A stretch of 64,000 nucleotides of DNA from Gemmatimonadota bacterium (lineage in GTDB: Bacteria; Gemmatimonadota; Gemmatimonadetes; Palauibacterales; Palauibacteraceae). A model generated the notes under the pieces. It was not told the DNA's origin. It was given only the letters and a program-made list of their open reading frames with translations, and made no database searches. This document shows, piece by piece, positions 47,877 to 56,176 of the stretch. The DNA is taken from the NCBI GenBank assembly GCA_965116475.1, contig OZ220691.1, positions 1,760,001 to 1,824,000 of the forward strand, written 5' to 3'. Within the stretch, counting starts at the first letter, position 1. Every line of letters starts with the position of its first letter. The position numbers and the translations under genes were made by a program.

Positions 47877-48875
47877 ATGCCTGGATCGGCGCTGCCGATC
47901 GAACCACAGCGAGACAGCGCGAGAGCGCGGAAGATCCACACGCCCGCGCCCGCGTCGAACGGCGCGGGTCGGGCTGCGGAATCGTGCGCGGATGCGCCCC
48001 TCGTGCGGCTGGATCACCTGGACACGCTCTGGTTCCAGGTCACCGGGACGATCTGCAACCTGCGCTGCGTCCACTGCTTCATCAGCTGCGCCCCGGACAA
48101 CGACAGCTTCGAGTTCCTCTCGCTCGCCGAGGTCGAGGACTGGCTGCGGCGCTCGGAGAAGTGGGGCGTCAAGGAGTACTACTTCACCGGCGGCGAGCCC
48201 TTCATGCACCCCGACCTCCCCGCCATGCTGGAGCGGACCCTGGAGCGGGGGCCGGCTTCCGTGCTGACGAACGGGACCCTGCTCCCCGCGCGGGCCCTGA
48301 AGCCCATCGCCCGGACCGCCCGCGCGGCGCGCTACTCGCTCGAGATGCGCGTGTCCCTCGATGGACCGTCGCCCGAGATGAACGACCCCATCCGGGGGGA
48401 GGGCACCTTCGACCGCGCCATGGACGGCGTCCGGAAGCTGCTCGAGGCGGGGTTCCTGCCGATCATCACCGCCACGCAGGTGTGGGAACCGGAACGGGAC
48501 GAAGAGGTGCGGCAGGCGTTCGTCGCCCGGCTTCGGGCGCTGGGGTACGAGCACCCGCGGCTCAAGATCCTCCCGTCGCTCCGCATCGGCCGCGAGGCGG
48601 ACCGCGTGCGCCCCTATTCGGATGAGGAGCGCGTGACGGAGGCGATGATGGAGGGATACGAGGAAAACCAGTTGCTCTGCGCGTCGAGCCGGGTGGTGAC
48701 GAACCGCGGCATCTACGCCTGTCCGATCCTCATCGAGACGCCGGCGGCGCGCATGGGTTCGACGCTGGAGGAGGCGTCCGCCCCGGTGCGGCTCGGCGAG
48801 TCCGCGTGCTACACGTGCTGGCTGCACGGCGCGATCTGCTCCAACTACGGGGGCATCGGGCAGGATGTCTCCTGA
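47877..48875 (+). CDS. Radical SAM protein
   Basis: CNLRCVHC, FTGGEPF and LTNG motifs, plus C-terminal Cys cluster; start uncertain. Confidence 0.9.
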   Translation: MPGSALPIEPQRDSARARKIHTPAPASNGAGRAAESCADAPLVRLDHLDTLWFQVTGTICNLRCVHCFISCAPDNDSFEFLSLAEVEDWLRRSEKWGVKEYYFTGGEPFMHPDLPAMLERTLERGPASVLTNGTLLPARALKPIARTARAARYSLEMRVSLDGPSPEMNDPIRGEGTFDRAMDGVRKLLEAGFLPIITATQVWEPERDEEVRQAFVARLRALGYEHPRLKILPSLRIGREADRVRPYSDEERVTEAMMEGYEENQLLCASSRVVTNRGIYACPILIETPAARMGSTLEEASAPVRLGESACYTCWLHGAICSNYGGIGQDVS

Positions 48876-49674
48876 AGCTGAACCGCGCCGGATCGCCGTC
48901 TTCGGGGGCGTCTACAGCAACCACCTGGCGCTGGCGGCCGCGATCGAGGACGCCACCGACCGGGGGGCGGACGCGCTGTACTGCCTGGGCGACCTCGGGG
49001 CGTTCGGCCCCCACCCGGACCGGGTCTTCCCGCTCCTCGTCGACCATGGCGTCCGCGTGGTGCGCGGGAACTACGACGATTCGATCGCGCGCGGCCTCGA
49101 CGACTGCCAGTGCGGCTACACCGATCCGCGCGACAACTACTTCGCGCGACTCTCGTACCGCTACACCTTCCGGAACACGCACGAGCGGTGGCGCCGCTGG
49201 ATGGGCCGCCTCCCCGGCGAGATCCGCCTCGAGGTGAACGGGACGCGGGTGCTCATGTGCCACGGCAGTCCGCGGCGCATGAACGAATTCCTCTGGGAAT
49301 CGGCGACCTCGACGCAGTTCCTGGCCTGGCTCGCCCGCGAGTACGAGGCGGACATCGTGCTCGCGACCCATACCGGCCTCCCGTGGCAGCGCTCGCTGCC
49401 CGGCGCCGGGCTGTTCGCAAACGTCGGGGTGCTGGGCCGGCCGGCAAACGACGGGCGGACGGAGGTGTGGTATGCGCTGCTCGATTTCGGCGCTGCGGCG
49501 GGGGCGCCGGCGGCTCTCGAGTTCGTGCCCGTGGGCTACGATCACGAGCGGCTCGCAGGCGAGATGCGCGACGAGGCACTGCCGGAGGAGTTCGTGGATA
49601 CGATCGTCACGGGCTGGTGGACCACCTGCCTCGAAGTCCTTCCCGCCCGCGAGCGCGCGCGCGGCCGCTTCTGA
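48865..49674 (+). CDS. Calcineurin-like metallophosphoesterase fold protein, atypical motifs
   Basis: CLGDL, RGNYD, CHGSP and THTG motifs; overlaps the radical SAM stop. Confidence 0.8.
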   Translation: MSPEAEPRRIAVFGGVYSNHLALAAAIEDATDRGADALYCLGDLGAFGPHPDRVFPLLVDHGVRVVRGNYDDSIARGLDDCQCGYTDPRDNYFARLSYRYTFRNTHERWRRWMGRLPGEIRLEVNGTRVLMCHGSPRRMNEFLWESATSTQFLAWLAREYEADIVLATHTGLPWQRSLPGAGLFANVGVLGRPANDGRTEVWYALLDFGAAAGAPAALEFVPVGYDHERLAGEMRDEALPEEFVDTIVTGWWTTCLEVLPARERARGRF

Positions 49675-49697
49675 TGCATACATTTGACGCATACATT

Positions 49698-49726
49698 TTG
49701 CGGGGTGGCCGATTCGCGTTTAGCTT
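49698..49726 (+). promoter_or_regulatory. Putative promoter for the sigma factor gene
   Basis: TTGCGG-17 nt-TAGCTT, preceded by the direct repeat GCATACATTT x2. Confidence 0.5.
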
Positions 49727-49825
49727 TGTTGAAGCGTCGGATGGTCCGTGCGCGACGGAGCCGGAATCGTTGGATCGGCCCGACAGCCTGACCGGGTCGA
49801 CGTCCCGCAGAGAGAGGAAGTTGCG

Positions 49826-50665
49826 ATGGGTCGCGAGGATTTATCGCCCAACATCCTTGAACGCTACCTCGAGGAACTGGGTCGTTATCCACTCCTGAGC
49901 CCCAGCGAAGAACGTGAGACCGCCCGCTCGGCCCGCAGCGGCGACAGCTCCGCCCTCGACCGTCTCATCCGCGCGAATCTGCGCTTCGTCATCTCCGTCG
50001 CCCGACGGTACCGCAACAAGGGGCTGAGCTTCCTCGACCTCATTCAGGAGGGGAACGTCGGCCTGGTCATTGCGGCCCGGAAGTTCGACCCGGACCACGG
50101 CGTGAAGTTCATCAGCTACGCCGTGTGGTGGATTCGCCAGGCAATTCTGTCCGCCATCGCGAAGCAGGGCAGGCCCGTGCGCGTGCCGCTCAACCGGGCG
50201 ACCGAACTGGCGCGCATGGTCCGCGCGCGGGGCGAACTGCGTCAGACCCTCGACCGTGAGCCCAACGACCGGGAGATCGCCGACGAGACGGGCTTGACGA
50301 TGCCCACCGTCGCCCTGCTGCGGAGGCTGAACGCGCGCGAAGTTCGGCTCGACGCGCGGGTCGGAGCGACCGACGACAGCGATCTCGCGGAGCGGTTCCT
50401 CGCGGACGAAACGGATGTCGAGGAGGTCGTCGAACAGCGCCTGCTGAAGCGGCACATCGCCGAGGGTCTGCGCCGTCTGCGGCCACGCGACGCCCGCGTG
50501 GTCCGGCTGTACTACGGACTCCAGGGCGAAGACCCGCACACGCTGGAGCAGATCGGCCGCCTGCTGGGCGTGACGCGCGAACGCGTCCGGCAGCTCCGGG
50601 ACCGGGCGCTGCGGGAGCTGCGGGAGGGGCCCGAGGGCCAGAGCCTCGCGACCTACGCCACGTAG
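49826..50665 (+). CDS. RNA polymerase sigma-70 factor, RpoD/RpoS-like, lacking region 1.1
   Basis: ANLRFVISVA, DLIQEGNVGL, FISYAVWWIRQAI and TRERVRQ motifs. Confidence 0.93.
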   Translation: MGREDLSPNILERYLEELGRYPLLSPSEERETARSARSGDSSALDRLIRANLRFVISVARRYRNKGLSFLDLIQEGNVGLVIAARKFDPDHGVKFISYAVWWIRQAILSAIAKQGRPVRVPLNRATELARMVRARGELRQTLDREPNDREIADETGLTMPTVALLRRLNAREVRLDARVGATDDSDLAERFLADETDVEEVVEQRLLKRHIAEGLRRLRPRDARVVRLYYGLQGEDPHTLEQIGRLLGVTRERVRQLRDRALRELREGPEGQSLATYAT

Positions 50666-50687
50666 TGTCGCAGCCCGAAAACCCCGG

Positions 50688-51686
50688 TTGGAGGCGGTGG
50701 CGCCGGGGGTGGCTGCGCTGACGCCGGTCGGACTGTTTCAGCATCCCGACTGCAGCCGGCACGACACGGGCTGGGGTCACCCGGAGCACCAGGGACGGCT
50801 CCGCGCCCTGATGACCGCGCTCGAGCGGGCGCTGCCCGAGCTTCACGAGGATGTCCTCCCCGTCCTGCCGCCCCCCGCCGAAGTCGCGGCGCTGGAGCGG
50901 GCCCACACGCCGGGACATGTGGAGCGGGTGCGGGCCGTCTGCGACCGGTCCGTCGAGAGCGGGCGGATCGTGCGCATCGATCCCGACACGCCGGTCTCGC
51001 CGGGAAGCTGGGACGCCGCGCTTGCCGCATCCGGGTGCGGCGTCGCGGCGGTGGACGCGGTCCTCGACGGCACGTGCCGCGCCGCGTTCTGCGCCGTGCG
51101 CCCGCCGGGCCACCACGCGAGCCCGGACCGCGCGATGGGCTTCTGCCTCTTCAACCACATCGCCGTGGCCGCCCGCCACGCCTTGGCGCGGCCGGAAGTC
51201 GAACGGGTTCTGATCGTGGACTGGGACGTGCACCACGGTAACGGGACCCAGGACATCTTCTACGACGATCCCTCCGTCTTCTTCCTCTCGATGCACCAGC
51301 ACCCTCTCTTCCCCGGCACGGGGGCCGCCGAGGAACGGGGACGGGGAGCGGGAGAGGGGACGACGCTGAACCTCCCCATGCCCGCGGGTCTTCCGCCCGA
51401 GCGTTACGTGGAGACGCTGCTCGACGGCGTCGACCGGGGGCTCGCCCGCTTCGAGCCCGACCTCACGCTCATCTCCGCCGGGTTCGACGCGGGGGCGGAG
51501 GATCCGCTGGGGGGATTCACTCTCACTCCGGCGCACTTCGACACGCTGGCGCACGAGGTTGTCGGGCGGACGCGGGCCACGGCCCGAAACCGCGTGGTCT
51601 CCTTCCTCGAGGGCGGTTACAATCCCGACGAACTGGGACGCAACGTCGTCTCGCACCTGACGGCCCTTCGCGACGCCACGGGCTGA
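50688..51686 (+). CDS. Histone deacetylase family amidohydrolase
   Basis: HPE, RPPGHHA, GFCLFN, DWDVHHGNGTQ, SAGFD and EGGY motifs. Confidence 0.94.
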   Translation: MEAVAPGVAALTPVGLFQHPDCSRHDTGWGHPEHQGRLRALMTALERALPELHEDVLPVLPPPAEVAALERAHTPGHVERVRAVCDRSVESGRIVRIDPDTPVSPGSWDAALAASGCGVAAVDAVLDGTCRAAFCAVRPPGHHASPDRAMGFCLFNHIAVAARHALARPEVERVLIVDWDVHHGNGTQDIFYDDPSVFFLSMHQHPLFPGTGAAEERGRGAGEGTTLNLPMPAGLPPERYVETLLDGVDRGLARFEPDLTLISAGFDAGAEDPLGGFTLTPAHFDTLAHEVVGRTRATARNRVVSFLEGGYNPDELGRNVVSHLTALRDATG

Positions 51687-51768
51687 TCGGCCCGGGCTGA
51701 CCGTCCCGGGTTGACCGTCCCGGCCCGGCCGCCCCGGGAGCGCGCCCCCGCACAACAGGAGTCCGGCC

Positions 51769-53004
51769 TTGCCCGACCTCGATGCCACCTTCCTGGAGAC
51801 CGCTTCCAGCGAGCTCGAACGACAACAGATCGACGCCTGGCTGCTGTACGACTTCCGGGCGCTCAATCCGTTGGCGGCGCACCTCGTAGGCCTGCCCGAA
51901 GGCCAGAAGCGCCGGTACTTCGTCCTCATCGAACCAGGGCGGACGCCGCACGCGCTCGTCCAGAAGATCGAGGTGTCCGGCTGGGACGGGTGGCCGCACC
52001 GGCTCACGAGCTACGTCGGCTGGGACGAGATGGAGTCGGCGCTGCGCGAGATGCTGCGCGGCAAGGGCACGGTCGCGATGGAGGTGAGCCCGCGCGACTC
52101 GATCCCGTACGTGGATCACGTCCCGGCCGGCGTCGTCGAACTCGTCGAGTCGCTCGGACCCCGCGTCGTCAGTTCGGTGGACCTGATCTCGGGAACGGCG
52201 GCGCAGTGGGGCGCGCACGGGCACGCGCTGCACCACGCGGCAGCCGAGATCCTGGCGCGGACCGCCCGGACGGCGTTCGAGTTGGCGGCGCGCGCGGCGG
52301 GCCTGAAGCCCGAGGCGGACCCCGGGACGGCCGCCGCCTTCGACACCTCCAGCGAGCCGACTCCGGCCACGGAGCACGATTTGGCCGAATGGATCCGGGC
52401 CCGGCTGCGCGCCGAGGGCCTGACGGAGACGGACACGATCGTCGCGGTGGGTCCCAACGCCGCCAAGCCGCACTACGAGCCCCAGGCCGAGGGATCATCG
52501 GCTCTCGCGGCGGACCAGGTGTTCATGGTGGATCTGTGGGGGCGCGTGGCGGGTGAACCCGACGCGGTCTTCGCCGACCAGACGTGGATGGGCTTCCTCG
52601 GCCCGGAGCCGCCCGCCGACGTGGTCGCCGGGTGGGAAGCGGTCGTCGCGGCCCGCGACGCGGCGGTCGAGGTCATCCGGCAGGACCCGGGCGCCACCGG
52701 TGCGGACGCGGACCGGGCGGCCCGGGAGGCGCTGATCGCGCGCGGCTACGAGGACGCCATCTTCCATCGCACCGGGCACGGGATCGACCGCGAAATCCAC
52801 GGCGTCGGTCCCACCCTGGACAGCATCGAGATGCGGGACGACCGGCGGCTCGTGGCGGGCGTCGGCTTCTCCGTCGAGCCCGGCGTCTACCTGGACGGAC
52901 GCTTCGGCCACCGGACGGAAATCGATGTCTACATGCGCGAGGACGGGCCCGAAGTGACTCCGTCCCGCATCCAGTACAATCTCTGGCGGACGACCGGAGC
53001 ATGA
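51769..53004 (+). CDS. M24 family (Xaa-Pro) aminopeptidase
   Basis: PHY, DLW...ADQTW, HRTGHGI, SVEPGVY and RTEID. Confidence 0.88.
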   Translation: MPDLDATFLETASSELERQQIDAWLLYDFRALNPLAAHLVGLPEGQKRRYFVLIEPGRTPHALVQKIEVSGWDGWPHRLTSYVGWDEMESALREMLRGKGTVAMEVSPRDSIPYVDHVPAGVVELVESLGPRVVSSVDLISGTAAQWGAHGHALHHAAAEILARTARTAFELAARAAGLKPEADPGTAAAFDTSSEPTPATEHDLAEWIRARLRAEGLTETDTIVAVGPNAAKPHYEPQAEGSSALAADQVFMVDLWGRVAGEPDAVFADQTWMGFLGPEPPADVVAGWEAVVAARDAAVEVIRQDPGATGADADRAAREALIARGYEDAIFHRTGHGIDREIHGVGPTLDSIEMRDDRRLVAGVGFSVEPGVYLDGRFGHRTEIDVYMREDGPEVTPSRIQYNLWRTTGA

Positions 53005-54038
53005 GAATCTCCTGGGAGCCGTTCCACGTCGAGACGGCGCACCCCTTCGGCATCAGCCGCGGCGTGAAGACCGGCGACGACCTGGTGTGGGTGCGGCTGG
53101 AACACGAGGGGATCGAGGGCTGGGGCGAAGCGGATCCGTCCGGGTACTACGGAGAGACCGCGGAGACGGTGGAAGCCGCGCTGAGACGGCTGGCCCCTCG
53201 CATCGAGGAGGTGGAAGACCCGTTCCGGCTTGAGAACATCGAGCGGGACCTCGCGAGCCTCCTCGGCCGCAACGGATCGGCCCGCTGCGCCATCTCGTCG
53301 GCGCTCCACGACTGGGTCGGAAAGCGGGCGGGGCTCCCGCTCTGGAAGCTGTGGGGGCTGGATCCGGCGGACGCGCCGCTGAGTTCGTTCACGATCGGCA
53401 TCGACGATCCGGAAGTCATGGCCCGGAAGACACGCGAGGCCGAAGCGTGGCCCATCCTCAAGATCAAGCTCGGAAGCGACGATGACGAAGCGCGGCTGAG
53501 CGCCGTCCGCGGCGCGGCGCCCGAAAAGATCCTGCGCGTGGACGCGAACGCGGCCTGGACGCCCGCCGAAGCGATCGAGGGGATCGCGATGTGCGCCGAG
53601 TACGGAGTGGAGTTCGTGGAGCAGCCGCTCCCGCCGACAGAGAACGACGAACTGGCCTTCGTCCGCTCGCGCGCGGTTCTTCCCATCGTCGTGGACGAGT
53701 CGAGCATCGTCGCGAGCGACATCCCGCGACTCGACGGCCTCGTCGATGGCATCAACATCAAGCTCGCCAAGTGCGGAGGTCCGAGAGAGGCGCTCCGCAT
53801 GATCCACACCGCGCGCGCCTGCGGCCTTTCGGTGATGCTGGGGTGCATGCTGGAGACGAGCCTCGGGATCGCGCCCGCGGCGCACCTGGCCTCGCTGGTG
53901 GACTACGCGGACCTGGACGGCGCCGCGCTGCTGCGGTCCGATCCGTTCACCGGCCCGCACCTGGAGGAGGGTCGCATCGTTCTGACCGACGGACCGGGGC
54001 TCGGCGTCGAGCGGGCACCCACGGGGGCGCCGACCTGA
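53001..54038 (+). CDS. Dipeptide epimerase (L-Ala-D/L-Glu epimerase, enolase superfamily)
   Basis: KIKLG, VDANAAW, EQP, DES, NIKLAKCGG, GCM and DLDG motifs. Confidence 0.9.
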   Translation: MRISWEPFHVETAHPFGISRGVKTGDDLVWVRLEHEGIEGWGEADPSGYYGETAETVEAALRRLAPRIEEVEDPFRLENIERDLASLLGRNGSARCAISSALHDWVGKRAGLPLWKLWGLDPADAPLSSFTIGIDDPEVMARKTREAEAWPILKIKLGSDDDEARLSAVRGAAPEKILRVDANAAWTPAEAIEGIAMCAEYGVEFVEQPLPPTENDELAFVRSRAVLPIVVDESSIVASDIPRLDGLVDGINIKLAKCGGPREALRMIHTARACGLSVMLGCMLETSLGIAPAAHLASLVDYADLDGAALLRSDPFTGPHLEEGRIVLTDGPGLGVERAPTGAPT

Positions 54039-54691
54039 ACCGCCGGAAGCCCGCGGTCAAGATCTGCTGCATCGAGAGTCCCGAGGAGGCCGCGCTCGCA
54101 GCCCGCTGCGGGGCGACGGCGATCGGGCTCGTGTCGGAGATGCCGAGTGGGCCGGGGGTCATCGACGAGGCCGCGATCGGCCGCATCGTAGCGGGGGCCC
54201 CGCGCGGCGTCGCCACCTTCCTGCTCACGTCGCGGACGGACCCCGAGGAGATCGCGGCCCAGCAACGCCGGACCGGGGCCGACACGCTCCAGCTCGTGGA
54301 CCGGGTGGCGTCCGACGCGCTCCGCAGCCTGTGCCGCCGTCTGCCGGGCGTCTCGCTCGTTCAGGTCGTTCACGTCGGGGGCGACCACTCCGTCGAGGAG
54401 GCGGTCGCGGTGGCGCCGCTCGTCGACGCGATCCTGCTCGACTCGGGGGACCCGGACCTCCCGGTGCGGCAACTCGGCGGCACGGGTCGCGTGCACGACT
54501 GGCGGCACAGCCGCGCCATCGTCGAGCGGGCCGGCTGCCCGGTCTACCTCGCGGGAGGCCTCCGGCCGACCAACGTGGCCGCCGCCTTGCACGCGGTCCG
54601 TCCCTTCGGCGTGGACGTCTGCTCCGGAGTGAGAACGGACGGGCACCTCGACGAAAAGCTGCTGCGACGCTTCATGCGCGCACTACACTAG
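54035..54691 (+). CDS. trpF: Phosphoribosylanthranilate isomerase
   Basis: VKICCI, LLDSG, GGTGRVHDW, LAGGL and GVDVCSGV motifs. Start probably CTG overlapping the upstream TGA. Confidence 0.85.
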   Translation: MNRRKPAVKICCIESPEEAALAARCGATAIGLVSEMPSGPGVIDEAAIGRIVAGAPRGVATFLLTSRTDPEEIAAQQRRTGADTLQLVDRVASDALRSLCRRLPGVSLVQVVHVGGDHSVEEAVAVAPLVDAILLDSGDPDLPVRQLGGTGRVHDWRHSRAIVERAGCPVYLAGGLRPTNVAAALHAVRPFGVDVCSGVRTDGHLDEKLLRRFMRALH

Positions 54692-54716
54692 TCCGTCTGC
54701 ACTAGTCCGTCTGCAC
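54686..54716. repeat. 14-bp tandem duplication at convergent stop codons
   Basis: CACTAGTCCGTCTG x2, followed by CAC. Confidence 0.9.
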
Positions 54717-56018
54717 CAGGGCTCCGCGCCGGCACGCGAGCGCGAGTTCCTCTGTCTCCGACGCCTCGCACGCCTCGCGCCGCCCGGCTTCGTCCGCGTA
54801 GAGCGAGTACAGCGCCTCTCCCATCGCTTGGTGACACCGCGGCTTGGCCGAATCCTCGAGCGCGCGGCAGAACGAGAACCCGGCGTCCGTCGTCGCGGTC
54901 ACATCCACGAAGTTCCGGACGACGCCCACGTAGCACCACACGCGGTACTCCTCCGGCGACTTCCGGCACTCGCGGCGCGCGTCGTCCTCGTCCTGCAGCG
55001 TGCGGCCGCTGATGTCGCGGCCGAGGCTCATGAAGCAGTCGTCTCGCCAACCCTCGGGCGCGTCGAGACAGGAGGAGGCCGCGTCCGCGATGTCCCAGTC
55101 GTTGTGCCAGAGCATGGCGGACGTCTGCATCAGGTAACAGGAGGTGAGGTACTTCACGTCCAGGATCGAGCAGGGATAGTGCGGGTCGTCGGCGCGCAGC
55201 GGCTCGAAGGGTTCGATGCCCGCGGCCATTGCCATCCCCCCGTGGTCATGCACGCCCGCGCCATGGCCCGGAGCCTCGGCCCCTTCGCCCGTCCCGTCCT
55301 CCGACCCGGTCCCGGCCGACACAAGTGCGGCGGCCGGATGGTGAGGCGCGACCGCGTTGACCACGTTCTCCATGAACGCCCCGCCGTAGCACGAGTTCCG
55401 GTTCCAGTCGGTCGTCAGCAGATCGCAGCCGTCGAGAGCCATCAGAAGGTGGTGGCCGTAGTACATCGTCAGACCGTGTCCGAGACCGTGCAGGCACTGG
55501 AAGAGCAGCCAGCGGTCGGCGGGGTCCGCTTCGTAGGGCGCGCAGATCGCGGCGACCTTCTCCGCGTCCGGTTCGCCGGTGGCGATGAAATAGGCCTGGA
55601 CGACGCCGTGGTAGCACCCGGACTGGAAGACCTCGGTGCACTCCTCGAAGGCATCCGTGAAGGAATCGCCGGGCGAGTAGGCGTTGATGCCGATCGCGTG
55701 CGTGAGGACGTGGGACTCCGCCCGAACCGCCCGGTCCGCGACGGCCAGCGACTCGAGCATGTCCAGCGCCGCCCCTGTTCCGGCCGCGGCGAGTTGGTCG
55801 AGGAGCCGCGCTTCATAGCAGTCCTGCTTCTCCTCCCACGCCAACTCGCGGCACGCCTCGAACGCGGCCATGGCTTCCGCCGAAATCCCGGGCGGCAGCG
55901 ACGGCCCCCCGCAGGTCGCCGACGCGATCCCGAGCGCCATGCCAAGCCCGAGGCCCCGAGCGTGACGGCGCCTGTGGACTCCCATGGACACGACGGTCCG
56001 CGATCCTGATTCCGTCAT
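54702..56018 (-). CDS. Cys/His-rich hypothetical lipoprotein
   Basis: Lipobox-like ATC; repeats GCYHGVV, CLHGLGHG and SCYGGAF; His-rich linker. Confidence 0.75.
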   Translation of the reverse strand: MTESGSRTVVSMGVHRRRHARGLGLGMALGIASATCGGPSLPPGISAEAMAAFEACRELAWEEKQDCYEARLLDQLAAAGTGAALDMLESLAVADRAVRAESHVLTHAIGINAYSPGDSFTDAFEECTEVFQSGCYHGVVQAYFIATGEPDAEKVAAICAPYEADPADRWLLFQCLHGLGHGLTMYYGHHLLMALDGCDLLTTDWNRNSCYGGAFMENVVNAVAPHHPAAALVSAGTGSEDGTGEGAEAPGHGAGVHDHGGMAMAAGIEPFEPLRADDPHYPCSILDVKYLTSCYLMQTSAMLWHNDWDIADAASSCLDAPEGWRDDCFMSLGRDISGRTLQDEDDARRECRKSPEEYRVWCYVGVVRNFVDVTATTDAGFSFCRALEDSAKPRCHQAMGEALYSLYADEAGRREACEASETEELALACRRGALVQTD

Positions 56019-56021
56019 TTA

Positions 56022-56073
56022 TTCTCCCTCTCTTCTCCCTCTCTTCTCCCTCTCTCCTCCCTCTCTCCTTCCT
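56022..56073. repeat. Polypyrimidine 11-bp tandem repeat
   Basis: TTCTCCCTCTC x3, then TCCTCCCTCTC and a partial copy. Confidence 0.9.
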
Positions 56074-56176
56074 GACCACAGCGGGCGGAGGCCGGGGCAC
56101 AACCGGGGCACAACCTGACGGCGCGTGATCCTCCCAACAACCGGAGCAGGGCTTTGCCGCGGCCGCTACGGCCCCC

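Noticed and set aside
46254..48827. N-terminal part of the 985-aa minus-strand ORF 45870..48827
   Set aside because: Antisense to the HD and radical SAM genes. Only the last 127 codons, which have their own SD, look like a real protein.
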